Below are positions 1-11,126 of a DNA stretch of 64,000 nt, piece after piece. The DNA lies in contig CAVYGN010000001.1 in assembly GCA_963768055.1 (NCBI GenBank), forward strand, positions 512,001 to 576,000, given 5' to 3'. Source of the DNA: an uncultured Spirochaetota bacterium. GTDB lineage: Bacteria; Spirochaetota; Brevinematia; Brevinematales; JAOACQ01. How positions within the stretch are numbered: position 1 is the first letter of the stretch; each line of letters starts with the position of its first letter. The translations under genes and the position numbers were made by a program. A model generated the notes under the pieces. That model was not told the DNA's origin, ran no database searches, and was given only the letters and a program-made list of their open reading frames with translations.

Positions 1-996
1 CGGGAACAGAGGACCGGACAAGCCGATAATATCCATCTGGCTGTACATATTAGCGATTAATTTAGATATCATGGCGACGCCGGGAACCAGGTCTGGAAAA
101 TTGACAGAATTATTATTAATAAATCTTGCGAATAATTTCATAAAAGCCGGGTTAAAATAACTCGCATTAAAGCCCAAATGGCCTCCCCATAAAGCGCCTG
201 CCTTAATATAATTGTAACTATCTATATCATTAACCAGAATGGCAGTGATATTACTATAAGCGTTGAGAGTGTAATTGACATATCCGTTACGCCACCTTGC
301 GCTGGCAAGGATCAAAGCCGCGGCTATATCCTGGTTGGCGTCCGAAGCATCGCTGAGGCCTCTTCCATATTTGCACAGCTGAATATAATTCGGATCTTTT
401 GTAACGCCAGGCTGCTTGTCCGCGGTTACGATAGCTCCGGTAGATAAATTGCTGTAAACCGCCCCATGAGGTATGGGAAGTCCAAATTCGCTGATATTAA
501 CGCCGTTGCTGCTGACCATCCAATGCATTAAACCATTGCCACATTGATGAAGCCTGACATATCCATAAAGCCTGTCGAACGTTGCCTGGTCGTCAAAATA
601 AACCGCCAGAAGCATTCCGTAGCCCATCCCTTCCGATACCGTATCATACGCTGTAGCCAGGTCCCTTTGAACCCTCAGGTATCCGCCGGCCCCGCTTGCC
701 GTAACATAGTGCTGCTTCCAATCGGCGTACTCCCCGTTCAGGAACTGTGTTTGATCCGATGACGCGGCGTTAGTCAGACCGTTAGGATACAGAAGGACCG
801 TGTTATTTGCCGGATTATTTATCTGCGCACCCGCGGTCAGATCGCCGGACCGAGTTTTCATCGGCTGATTTCCCGGCATGCCTTTGTTTCCGGTGTTTCC
901 GGACGACGGTTGAAACTGGCAGCTCAGCAAGGCAAGACACAAGACAATGATCCCAGTCAGAGGGATCGGACGGTGTTTTTTGAAATTCTTGTCCAT
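1..996 (-). CDS. Glycoside hydrolase family 8 lipoprotein (CelA-like), 3' end outside window
   Basis: Hand translation from ATG 996 (RBS AAGGAG) is open to the window edge. It shows a lipobox-like LALLSC and GH8 motifs DTVSEGMGYGMLLAVYFDDQATFDRLY, GLMHW, ASDANQDIAAALILA..W and WGG..NASYFNPAF. Absent from the ORF track because there is no stop in the window. Confidence 0.88.
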   Translation of the reverse strand, partial: MDKNFKKHRPIPLTGIIVLCLALLSCQFQPSSGNTGNKGMPGNQPMKTRSGDLTAGAQINNPANNTVLLYPNGLTNAASSDQTQFLNGEYADWKQHYVTASGAGGYLRVQRDLATAYDTVSEGMGYGMLLAVYFDDQATFDRLYGYVRLHQCGNGLMHWMVSSNGVNISEFGLPIPHGAVYSNLSTGAIVTADKQPGVTKDPNYIQLCKYGRGLSDASDANQDIAAALILASARWRNGYVNYTLNAYSNITAILVNDIDSYNYIKAGALWGGHLGFNASYFNPAFMKLFARFINNNSVNFPDLVPGVAMISKLIANMYSQMDIIGLSGPLFP

Positions 997-1068
997 ATCG
1001 AACTCCTTAAAAAAATTAAATAATATTTTATTTTTATTGAGCACTAATTTAACATTTTATTAATCCGG

Positions 1069-1218
1069 CTGTCGACCGAGCCGACAGGACTATACTGTTT
1101 GTCGGGAATAAAAATATGGATAGGAAGTCCGCACCTATCGGCGCGGACTTTTTAATATTTTCCTCAAAAAACACAAAGCATTGATCGATCGGTATTAACG
1201 TATAGGCTCGGTCGACAG
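1069..1218. promoter_or_regulatory. Bidirectional copy of conserved palindrome/promoter element (copy 1)
   Basis: Core AAGTCCGC-N10-GCGGACTT at 1125-1150. Perfect 14-bp inverted pair CTGTCGACCGAGCC (1069-1082) / GGCTCGGTCGACAG (1205-1218). The reverse complement matches the copies at 8227 and 11127. Confidence 0.7.
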
Positions 1219-1306
1219 GATTATCTTCTTTGTTTTATTATGAAGGGTTGAAAATTTTAAGGATGGTAATTTTAAAATGAATGTTTTCTGATTAATGGAG
1301 TCAATT

Positions 1307-2344
1307 ATGAAGACTAAAATATATTTTGTCTCAGGAGCTAAAGGATTTGTAGGTTCAAGATTCATTATTGACAGCCTGAAAAAGGGGTTAAAAATAAAAG
1401 CGCTGGTAAGCAGCATGGACAATATCGGGCAGATATTCGAAGGCTTTGATAAAAACATTGAATTTATCAGAGGAGATCTGCACATACCGGCCAGTTATAT
1501 GTCATCACTGGAAAATTGCGACGCTGTGGTTCATACCGGCGAAAAAGCGGGTTATTGGGGGCGGCGGGAGGAATTTATCACCACGAATGTCATATCCACT
1601 ATGAGATTAGCTCAAATATCAAAGAATATCGGCATTAAGCGATTTATTTATCTCAGCAGTGAGGCCGCTGTCCGTCCGATTAAGTTTAAAATTGTAAATG
1701 ATATAAAGACATTGAGCCCCGGTACTCCTTATCCGGATAAAAAAAATTTCGGGAGATTCTATTACGGGCTTTCAAAAATGCTTGCCGAGAATTCACTGCT
1801 TGCATTGAATGATCATAATTTCGGTGTTACGATTTTAAGACCGCATATGATCTGGGGGAAAGGGAATACTGATTTAAATATCATTCTGACCGGACTTACC
1901 CGAAAAATGCCGTTCATGCTGATCAACGGGAAAAATATGATATATCCGTCCAGTCATATCGACACGGTTGTACATTATATACACCAGGCATTAATGGCTG
2001 ATGCATCTATCGGTAAAGTCTTTCACATTCTGGATGAAGACAATATGACAATGCAGGATTATATTGAAAAAATGATCAGGGCGTTAAACTTCGGCAGACC
2101 GCACTTATTAATTCCTTATCACTTGGGGTATTTTGCCGCAGTAATTTTAGAGTCCGCGGCGAGAATTGTCAGGCTGTTCGATCCGGATTTTATTCCTGCT
2201 TTTGATAGATTTATTATCGACGGATTGGGCAGGAATATGCTCGGAGACATAAAGCAAACAGTCGATATCCTCGGTATACCGCCAAAATTGGAGTTCGATA
2301 AAGCAATAGAAGAATCGGCGGCCTGGTATTGGGAAAATTTATGA
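1307..2344 (+). CDS. NAD-dependent epimerase/dehydratase (extended SDR, 3-beta-HSD-like)
   Basis: GAKGFVG Rossmann motif, YLSS, YGLSK (YxxxK), LRPHMIWG; RBS GGAG before ATG 1307. Confidence 0.85.
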   Translation: MKTKIYFVSGAKGFVGSRFIIDSLKKGLKIKALVSSMDNIGQIFEGFDKNIEFIRGDLHIPASYMSSLENCDAVVHTGEKAGYWGRREEFITTNVISTMRLAQISKNIGIKRFIYLSSEAAVRPIKFKIVNDIKTLSPGTPYPDKKNFGRFYYGLSKMLAENSLLALNDHNFGVTILRPHMIWGKGNTDLNIILTGLTRKMPFMLINGKNMIYPSSHIDTVVHYIHQALMADASIGKVFHILDEDNMTMQDYIEKMIRALNFGRPHLLIPYHLGYFAAVILESAARIVRLFDPDFIPAFDRFIIDGLGRNMLGDIKQTVDILGIPPKLEFDKAIEESAAWYWENL

Positions 2345-2424
2345 GCGGTCTGAAAATTTATTATTATTTGTATTTTGAATTGGATGTAATATATAATATT
2401 TTATCATAAGTACAAGGGAGTGAT

Positions 2425-4767
2425 ATGAGAAATTTCATATCCGGAAAAAAAAGGTATACAATAGCCCTCCAGGTGATCCAGATGGATTACGGCTACGGTT
2501 CCATGCTATGGCAGGGCGCCGCCGACGCCGCCGAGAAGCGCGATGTCAATCTTATACTTTTTCCCGGTCATGCATTGAATACACCGAGAAAATTTGAACG
2601 GCAGAATAATATAATTTACCAGTTTATCAACAATAATAATGTAGATGCTTTCATAATGATTTCCACGCTTCTCGCCAATTTTATTCAGAAAGATGATTTT
2701 AAAAAGTTTTATAAGATTTTCGGATCCCTGCCGGTGATTAATATCGGCGAGCGCATTCAAGGTATTCCCAGCATAATAATCGATAATAAAACAGGAATCA
2801 GGGATTTGGTGGGGCATTTGAGCAATGTTCACCGGTTCAGGAGAATCGCTTTTGTAAAAGGGCTTGAAGGAAATTTTGATTCCAGTGAGCGGTTCCAGGC
2901 TTACAGAGAGGCCCTGGATGAAAATCATTTACCCTTTGATCCGAGTCTTGTCGCCTCTGGAAATTTTACAAGGGCATGCGCTCAAGATTCAATTCAGGAG
3001 CTTTTCGGGAAAAAACATGGAAAGATAGATGCGATCATGTTTTCCAATGATGAAATGGCCATATCATCCATGAGATATTTAAAGGATCAGGGTTATTATA
3101 TCCCCGGAGATTTTGCCATAACCGGATTTGATAATATTGAGGAGATTGAGTTTGAAACGCCTCCGCTTACGACAATCAGGCAGCCCCTCTATGAACTGAC
3201 TAAAAAAGCTGTGGAATTGGCAATTGAAATAATTGAGGGCAAGACAGTTCCGGAATTAATAATTTTTCCTACAAGCACTATAATCAGAGCTTCATGCGGA
3301 TGCCTTTCAAAAACTGTTAATCAGATCAGGCTCATCAATGATCAGACGCCTAATAAAGAAGAAATATCCGCCGGAAATTCCGGATGGCCGTCTAACGATT
3401 CTGTTGTTATGGAGATAAAAAGCCTGCCTGATATTGGTCCCGACATGCCCGAATCGTTTTTTCAGAATATCAGGAAGGCTTATTCCGGATTTTTAGATTA
3501 CGCCGATAAATGCCTGGCAAATGGGGATAATAGTGAATGTTCCATACAATATCTTAAAATTCTCAGCCAGATCCTGTTCAATGAAATTCAAAACGGCAGG
3601 GATGTTTCAATCTGGTACTTAATTGTTATGCGTATTTCAGTGATTTTGACGGCAAATAAGCCTGAATTAAAGCCTTCAGCCCTTATGCTACAGATATCCG
3701 TGATGATCGGTGAAATGCACAAATTAAACCAGGGGTATATCAGGATAAGATATTTCTGGCAGTTTATGACGCTCAGGGATATAACATATGGGATGCTTTC
3801 TAACCAGGACATGGAGGAACTGCTGAATTATCTGGTATCCCAGCTTCCCCGGCTGGGTATTAACACTTGCATCCTGACAATATATGAAAGGGAATGGCAG
3901 CATGGCAGCGGCGATGTATGGGAAATGCCCTGCTGGCATTATGTCAGGCTTTATTTTGATAAAAAAGGAAAAAGAGAGATACGCGGCCTTATTTCCAGGC
4001 CTTTTTCAACCTCAAGGCTTTTACCTGACAGAATATTTGATGATAAAAAACGTTATTCATTTATCGTAATGCCCCTTATTTCAAGGCAAACTCATTTTGG
4101 AAATATCTTTTTTGAAATCGGCCCCAGGGAGGGGTTCATCTATGAATCCCTTGTCTCGCAAATTTCCGTAATATATAAAAGCATTCTGTTGTTCAAGAAA
4201 CGTGAAATTGATGAAAATAACCTGAAAATAGCCCTGTCGGACCTTGAACAATACAATATTCAGCTCAAAGAACTCTCTATAACCGACGAACTTACCGGTC
4301 TGTATAACCGCAGGGGGTTTCTAAGTCTGGCCGGGAATAATCTTGCGCTTGCGAGGCGGATCGGCAAGCAGGGAATCATCGTATTTGCAGATCTGAACGG
4401 GCTTAAAACCATAAATGACACATATGGATATGAAGCCGGCGACTGGGCTATTAAGCAAATCAGTATGATTCTTATTAAAACATTCCGGGAGACCGATATA
4501 ATCGCGCGATTGGGAGGCGATGAGTTTTCGGTATTTATGGTCGGTTCTACCATGGCCCAGATTGGCATTTATCAGAAAAGAATCGAAAAACTTCTTGTAG
4601 AAAGTAACAGTAATTCAAGAAAGCCGTTTAATCTATCTATCAGCATTGGTTCAATTCCATTCCAGGCTGATGAAAACACCGCTATCGAAGACTTGTTGAA
4701 AGAAGCGGACAAAATCCTATGCAATCAAAAAAGGAAAAGAAAAGAGCGGCTGAAATCCAAACAATAA
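2425..4767 (+). CDS. LacI-type sugar-binding-domain diguanylate cyclase (GGDEF)
   Basis: N-terminal LacI/PBP ligand domain (TGFDN, PPLTTIRQP, RASCGC); C-terminal TDELTGLYNRRGF, RETD I-site, RLGGDEF. Confidence 0.9.
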   Translation: MRNFISGKKRYTIALQVIQMDYGYGSMLWQGAADAAEKRDVNLILFPGHALNTPRKFERQNNIIYQFINNNNVDAFIMISTLLANFIQKDDFKKFYKIFGSLPVINIGERIQGIPSIIIDNKTGIRDLVGHLSNVHRFRRIAFVKGLEGNFDSSERFQAYREALDENHLPFDPSLVASGNFTRACAQDSIQELFGKKHGKIDAIMFSNDEMAISSMRYLKDQGYYIPGDFAITGFDNIEEIEFETPPLTTIRQPLYELTKKAVELAIEIIEGKTVPELIIFPTSTIIRASCGCLSKTVNQIRLINDQTPNKEEISAGNSGWPSNDSVVMEIKSLPDIGPDMPESFFQNIRKAYSGFLDYADKCLANGDNSECSIQYLKILSQILFNEIQNGRDVSIWYLIVMRISVILTANKPELKPSALMLQISVMIGEMHKLNQGYIRIRYFWQFMTLRDITYGMLSNQDMEELLNYLVSQLPRLGINTCILTIYEREWQHGSGDVWEMPCWHYVRLYFDKKGKREIRGLISRPFSTSRLLPDRIFDDKKRYSFIVMPLISRQTHFGNIFFEIGPREGFIYESLVSQISVIYKSILLFKKREIDENNLKIALSDLEQYNIQLKELSITDELTGLYNRRGFLSLAGNNLALARRIGKQGIIVFADLNGLKTINDTYGYEAGDWAIKQISMILIKTFRETDIIARLGGDEFSVFMVGSTMAQIGIYQKRIEKLLVESNSNSRKPFNLSISIGSIPFQADENTAIEDLLKEADKILCNQKRKRKERLKSKQ

Positions 4768-4794
4768 CAATATTGGCGTTAATTTATCCATCCG

Positions 4795-7700
4795 TCATTC
4801 GCTCTGCAGTTCTTTCTTCCTGAATTCGGATGGTGTCAGATGCGTGTATTTTTTAAATACTTTGTTGAAAGTCGATTTTGAATTGAATCCGGATTCAAAA
4901 GCGATTTTAAGAATATTAATATTATCCTTCGCGGCCTCCAATAAAAGCTTTTTCGCTTCCTCAACCCTGTAAGTATTAATGAAATCATAAAAATTCAGTC
5001 CCGCGTATTCATTAATAACATATGAAAGATGATTACGGGGAATATTCAATTCATCGGATAATTCGGGCAGCGTCAGGTTTGGCTCCTTAAACACTTCATT
5101 TTTTTCAATATGCTCGAGCAACTTTTTAAAATACAATTCCGACAAATCTTTAGGAAGTTTCGATTTCTGGTATTTATCGGTCTTGCCCTTACTTTTGGAA
5201 TCGGTATTAATCGTCTCGGCTTGTTTTTTTATACGTTCATACTCAAGCACACTTTTTATTGCGTTGCTGATCTGGATGGTCAGCATTTCGAATACTTCCC
5301 TGTCAGAGTTGCTGATTTCAAAAAGCACAAATCCCAGAATATCCTTTTTAAATTCCAGGCTCATGATGATGAAAGGGTTTTCATAAGTAAGATTTTTAAT
5401 GCCTCCCGGTACTATTTGAGAGGTTAAGAACACCGCCTCATCAGCTTTATAGCTGATTTTGGCATAATTCTTATAGGCTATGACCGCTTTTGAATACCGG
5501 GTCGCTTTGTTCTGTTCATTATCCTGGAACAGGCATATATAACAGCTCTTGATGCCCAGTTTGGGAAAATTCTGCAGGATGATATTAGATAGTTTTTCAA
5601 TTTCAAAATATGCGGTAAGGGATTGGGTGATGACGTAAAATTCAAATTCCTTATCTTTATTTCTCATCATTGGATAGCCGTCAAGCATCTGGCCCACATT
5701 GTCTATAATGTTTTTTGCTTTTATTTTAAGTTCGCGGACAAAACGTATTCTTTTCTCATCTTTAAGAACAGAAAGGATATTGTTAAAAATATATAATATA
5801 ACTTCATTCCAGATATCGGAATCCCTTCTGTTCGTAATAACCTCAAAAACAATGTTCTCAAGGGCAATTATAAAATTATTGTCTTTTAATTTTACAATAT
5901 CCTCTACTAATGAATCAATAAGCTTTGAAGCCCATTCCGACCGTAATTTCTCATCGATAATGTTGGAAAACTGCTTATAGAGCAGGTTTTCAACCTCCGG
6001 AATTAGAAACTCTTTATATGAATCCAGATCATCGCTTAATCCGGCGGAATTTCTGATAATATTAACAAAAAGCCCCTCGCTGTGTAAGGAATCAGGGCAT
6101 CCGCAGGAGCGGCGGACAATAAGCCTTGAAGGCAGTTCCGTTTTTTCCTCGGATTTCCGGTCGGACAAAACCGCCAGCAGGGTCTTTAATGACTGATAGC
6201 CCAGGTCAAATAAAGGCTGGTTGACAGTTGTCAGGGGTCTGGCGAGGTATTGGCCTTCCCGGATATTGTCGAATCCTACGACAGCGATATCCTCAGGAAC
6301 CTTGATCCCCTTATAATCCAGTTCCTGAATAATCTGCATCGCGACAAAATCGTTCGAAGCTACCACAGCTTCAAATTCGACTTTTCTTTCCTCAATTAGT
6401 GTAATGACGGCCTTTTTACCCACTTCACCGAAAAACTCGCCGGGAACGATCAGATTATCATCGAGAGGTATTTGAAATTTGTCGAGGGTATCCCTGTAGG
6501 CATTAAATCTGATTCCCGCCTCAGTATTATTTTCCGGTCCCCGTATGAAGGCTATTTTTTTATACTTGTGGATTTCGATAAGGTGCGTAATAAGATCCTG
6601 CATCCCGCAATAATTATCGACAATAACGCTGGGATATCCTTTCACCTTTGGTACCGATGCTTACTATCGGGATATCATGATATGAATCATAGAAACGCGT
6701 TAATTCTTCATTAGTAATATAACTTCCCAGAGTTGATGATATTATAATCATCCCGTCAATTGATTCCGGATCCGCCAGATCAAATACTGCATTTTTTTTG
6801 GTCTGAGAATATTGCGGTGCGTTAATCGCCCCCCCGCTGAAAATAATCAACCTGATGCCATTTTCGACGGCTAATTTCTGAATTCCCGTGAAAATAACTG
6901 ATTCATAGCCGGAGTAAAAACTATCTATGAAGATCCCGATAGTAAAACGGGAGCCTTGATTTCTCCGGGACAAATATTTTAATCTGTACTGCTGGGGAGA
7001 CATATTCGTATAATTCTTGAATGTTTTAATGAATGCGGACTTGGATTCAAAACCCACTTTCGAGTAAATCGAGAGACTGCTTCCGAATTCGTCACTGATT
7101 GATTCGAAAAGCATTTTTTTTGCCGCATCAATTCTGTACCCGTTTATAAAATCATAAAAATTTTTATTGATATATTTATTGAGGACATTTGTCAGTTCCA
7201 TAAGAGGAATATTCAATTGTTTTGAAAGATCAAGGAATGAGAGATTCGGATCAAGGAAAGGTTTTTTCCTGGCCAGGTAACCAAGCAGTTTGACAAGCGT
7301 TCCCTCGTCATTAACTTCCTTATCATTGTTTTTTTTCATTATTTTCGGATTAATTGTATTTGCCACAAAAAATATTTCCGGCTGGGCCCATGCGTTAAAT
7401 CCGATAAGAAATATAGCGAAATAAACGGATAGGGGAAGAAGGTTGCCAATTATATGAAAATTTAAACCGGTAGGGATCAGGATAAAGACAGGGAACATTG
7501 TGAAACAGATTAATCCGAAAACAATAACAAAATGCTTGATCCAGGATAAACTGATCTTATCAATTGAAGAAAATGTCTCTTTAATCTTTTTTTCATGATG
7601 TTTTATTAATATGAGGACTTTGATTAAATAGAAAGTAACCTGCACCATAACAATTGGTAAAAAATAACTAGTAAACGACTGCTTTGTGTTGTAATTGAGG

Positions 7701-8101
7701 TAACCATAAACATCCTGTATTTTCGCTTTCCCGCTTTGAAGAAATAGAGGAAGAAGATAGAAACACATGAAAACAAATGGAACCAGATGGATTAACTCTT
7801 TTGGTTTTAATTTAATGCTGGAAGGCTGTGTTAATACTTTTACATAGAAATAGACCAGAGGCCCTAAAAGGAAAATAAAAACCCTGTCTAAATAAATAAG
7901 ATGCGGTAAGTAAAAATATAAATTCGTATTAAACAAAACTACAAACTGAGAGCCCAGTATACAATCGAAAATAAATAACGATAAAATAAAGTTGGCTTTC
8001 CGGTTCCCGCTGCTTTTTATGATAAGTATTACCGCCAGGATCAAGCTGTTAAATATTCCATCCAGATTTATTATGGAAATTAAATCAAATTTAAGCGTCA
8101 T
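4795..8101 (-). pseudogene. Chimeric regulator (membrane sensor-AraC-LacI ligand domain-AraC), split by a +1 frameshift near 6646
   Basis: ORF 6614-8101 carries a multi-TM region, an AraC HTH and the first part of a LacI domain (ending IPIVSIGTK). ORF 4795-6645 continues (VKGYPSVIVDN..GFDN..PLTTVNQP..RRSCGC) and ends in a second AraC HTH. Removing one base gives a single ~1101 aa ORF. Could be a sequencing error. Confidence 0.75.
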
Positions 8102-8226
8102 TTTATTACCTATAAGCCGGGATAAAGTCAACAAGCATATGCGAATCGAACCTTGTGAGGAATCGATATTATTATATTATAAATTAAGAGGAAAAACAAT
8201 ATTTCAAAATCAAAATGAAAACAACC

Positions 8227-8326
8227 GGAAGTCTTTGCCTATAGGCGCGCACTTTCTTTTTTTATCAAATATCCGGGATAGTATAATCCTGTCGGTGCGG
8301 TCGACGGAAATCCCGGGAAAAGATAA
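8227..8326 (+). promoter_or_regulatory. Conserved palindrome/promoter element (copy 2)
   Basis: GGAAGTCTTTGCCTATAGGCGCGCACTTTC, T-tract, TATAAT (8282-8287), CCTGTCGGTGCGGTCGACGGAAAT; near-identical to 11127-11227. Confidence 0.75.
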
Positions 8327-8377
8327 GATGATGGGATCAAAATAATATCATTCCATAATAAACTCGGAGGTAAGAAA

Positions 8378-9646
8378 ACGGTTAACTTTATAAAGATTAA
8401 AGATACTTTTTGCGTCCTGCCATGGGTGCATTTATTTATCCACAATACCGGAGAACTGAAAGCCTGCCTGGTTTCACAACTATCTTTAGTTAAGGATGAT
8501 AATTCAAGGGAATTTAATGTATCCGATATCGATGACCTGAACGCTATTATGAATTCGAAAATCCTTAAAAAAATCAGGCTCAATATGCTCAAAGGAATAT
8601 GGAATAATACATGCAACAGATGCATGGAACCCGAAAAAGCCGGCGGGTGCATGGAAAGGATCTGGTTTAATAATTTTTTTAAAAATGATATTCTTCGTCT
8701 TTTAAACAATACAAGGGAAGATGGATCGATCGACCCTAAGATATTATTTCTGGATATCAGATTGGGAAACACTTGTAATTTAAGCTGCAAGATGTGTTTT
8801 CCCTATACCAGTAAGAATGTTTTAAAGGATATTGAGAAGATATACCCTGAAAAAAAAGGATATATAAGCCGTTTTAAAGAAATAAAGTGGTTAAAAGACC
8901 CTGTTATCTGGAAGAAGATTTATGGATTAATACCGCATTTAAAGTATGTTTCCCTTGCCGGAGGGGAACCCATGATTATTCCTGAAGCGGCAAATTTTCT
9001 TGAAAAATGTATTACAATGGGCTATTCCCATAATATTGTTGTAAGATATTCCACCAATGTTACAGTGATACGTGAGGGCATAGAAAAGTTGTGGCGGGAA
9101 TTTTCAAAGATAAGGCTGGTATGCAGTATAGATGGATATAATGAAATGAATAATTATGTCCGTTATCCGTCTAATTGGGAGGCGATAAATTCCAACTTGA
9201 AGAAATATGAACGTTATCATAAAGAATATAACCTGGAACTTGTGCAAATAAATACATGCGTTCATGTTATTAATGTTTTTTATCTTAGTGAACTTTATGA
9301 ATATTTAACTTCATGCGAATTTGATTTTATCAGTCCGGCTCCGATGCTTTCCGCGGTGGATAATCCCGAATATCTTAGCTGTAAAATTTTACCCCTGAAA
9401 ATGAAAGAAGAAGTAAAAAATTACCTGATTCAGACAAGGGAAAAATATCGAAATAAAATACCCGGACAATATCTGCAAAATTTAAATTATTTCGATTACA
9501 TTATTGATAATATGTATCTGGAACAAAGAGAAGATTTATTGCCGGTTTTCATTGATTTGAATGATAGATTTGATAAATTGAGGAACCAGGATATTCTTAA
9601 AATAGCCCCGAGATTAAAAGAACTTATGGATAAAAAAAATGGATAA
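8378..9646 (+). CDS. Twitch-domain radical SAM protein (apparent ACG start)
   Basis: GNTCNLSCKMC, AGGEP, SIDG. The N-terminal FCVLPWVH..KAC..CNRC Fe-S motif begins upstream of the track's GTG 8426. GGAGGT lies 6 nt before in-frame ACG 8378. Confidence 0.85.
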   Translation, partial: TVNFIKIKDTFCVLPWVHLFIHNTGELKACLVSQLSLVKDDNSREFNVSDIDDLNAIMNSKILKKIRLNMLKGIWNNTCNRCMEPEKAGGCMERIWFNNFFKNDILRLLNNTREDGSIDPKILFLDIRLGNTCNLSCKMCFPYTSKNVLKDIEKIYPEKKGYISRFKEIKWLKDPVIWKKIYGLIPHLKYVSLAGGEPMIIPEAANFLEKCITMGYSHNIVVRYSTNVTVIREGIEKLWREFSKIRLVCSIDGYNEMNNYVRYPSNWEAINSNLKKYERYHKEYNLELVQINTCVHVINVFYLSELYEYLTSCEFDFISPAPMLSAVDNPEYLSCKILPLKMKEEVKNYLIQTREKYRNKIPGQYLQNLNYFDYIIDNMYLEQREDLLPVFIDLNDRFDKLRNQDILKIAPRLKELMDKKNG

Positions 9647-11084
9647 GAATTTAATTCGATTAGAACATAGCGGGTCTTTTCATAACAAAATATTTATGGT
9701 TAATTGGAATATGACAAATATCTGCAACTTTTCATGCCCCTATTGCAATATTCATGATGGCTCAAGAAAATGGCCGGATTATAAAACGGTTATCAGTTTT
9801 ATTGATAAGATTTGCGCCTATTATATGCGTGAAAAGAAAACGATCTATTTCCAATTAACCGGCGGTGAAATCACTCTTAACCGGGACTTGTTTAAAATAG
9901 CCGATTATTTACATCAAAAGGGATGCTGGGTCGGTTTAATTTCAAATGGCAGCCAGAGTAAAGAATACTGGGAAAAGTTAAAAGACGGGCTCGATTTTAT
10001 TTATCTTTCCTTCCATCCGCAATTTATGAAGAAAGAACATTTTATTAATGTCGTCGAGCTGCTTCATAATGAAGTAACGACGCATGTGAATATAATGATG
10101 GAGTCGAATTCATTTGAAATATGTAAAGATGTCGGCAGGGAAATCAGCGAAAGAATAAATAATATTTCAATGTCTTATCAGCCTCTGGTTAAAGCCCTTG
10201 GAAGTGATTATACATTATTTGACTACACAAGGGAACAACTGGATGAAATTATGAGATTGGAAAAACAAAAGCATATTGCATGTTCCAGGAAAATGAAGAC
10301 TATTCGTGGAACAATGAAAGAAATTTATAATGATGGATTTGAAAATGAAATCAACCAGCCGGAATTACTGGCTGCCGGGAAAAACAATTGGATTGGATGG
10401 AATTGCTGGGCCGGTTTAGAAAGCATTGGAATTAAACAAGAAATAATTTACAGGTCTGTCTGCTGCAGGCAGGATGAAATCGGGAACATAAGAGATGAAA
10501 ATATATCATTCCCATGCGGTCCCGTCGTTTGCAGGACTAATAATTGTACAGACTTTACAACGACAAAAAGAATAAATTTAAAAAACATCTATTATTTCGA
10601 GAATGAAGAAATGAGAAAATTCAAATTGAATTTCCTGGAATTGGATTGGACGGCCGCTTCCGATAGTGTTGAAGGCGGGAAAAGCATTGCAAAAATAACA
10701 GAAGTATCTGGAAAAGGATTGAAAGGGAAATTGATAGTCCGGTTAAGTCAGCTAGGATATTATTATTCTATCATATCCTTCCCATGGAATTTCCAAATTG
10801 ATTTTATCGTTAAAGGGCTGCTGATAAAAATGAATCTGACCAAAGCTAAAATTTTAACTATTCAATGTCCGATTTATTCGGTTAATGATTACGATCATTA
10901 TCAGACACAGATAATCGGTGAGGGTGAACAGGAATATGTAATCGATTTTAATAACCTCCGCCAGCAAGGCTTTGGTGTCAGGACCGAATGGAATGCAACC
11001 GGAATAAAAGAGATCCAATTTATTAATGAGTATTATAAAAATGAAATTGATATTGAGATAAAGGAGATCTATCTATTGTATTAA
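9639..11084 (+). CDS. Radical SAM protein with C-terminal CIA30/CBM11-like domain
   Basis: CNFSCPYC, TGGE, SFHP, Cys-rich CWAG..CCRQ..C..C; C-terminal beta-rich domain (YVIDFNNLRQQGFG..WNATGIKEIQF); paralog of 11605. Confidence 0.8.
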   Translation: MDKNLIRLEHSGSFHNKIFMVNWNMTNICNFSCPYCNIHDGSRKWPDYKTVISFIDKICAYYMREKKTIYFQLTGGEITLNRDLFKIADYLHQKGCWVGLISNGSQSKEYWEKLKDGLDFIYLSFHPQFMKKEHFINVVELLHNEVTTHVNIMMESNSFEICKDVGREISERINNISMSYQPLVKALGSDYTLFDYTREQLDEIMRLEKQKHIACSRKMKTIRGTMKEIYNDGFENEINQPELLAAGKNNWIGWNCWAGLESIGIKQEIIYRSVCCRQDEIGNIRDENISFPCGPVVCRTNNCTDFTTTKRINLKNIYYFENEEMRKFKLNFLELDWTAASDSVEGGKSIAKITEVSGKGLKGKLIVRLSQLGYYYSIISFPWNFQIDFIVKGLLIKMNLTKAKILTIQCPIYSVNDYDHYQTQIIGEGEQEYVIDFNNLRQQGFGVRTEWNATGIKEIQFINEYYKNEIDIEIKEIYLLY

Positions 11085-11126
11085 TGAAACCGAACTTTCA
11101 TTTCGGGAATAATAATAAAAACGACA

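Noticed and set aside
7992..8345. ORF sharing RSTEI..GKDK with the 11196 extension, as a possible leader peptide
   Set aside because: The similarity is just the translated non-coding repeat; there is no RBS and it overlaps the AraC gene
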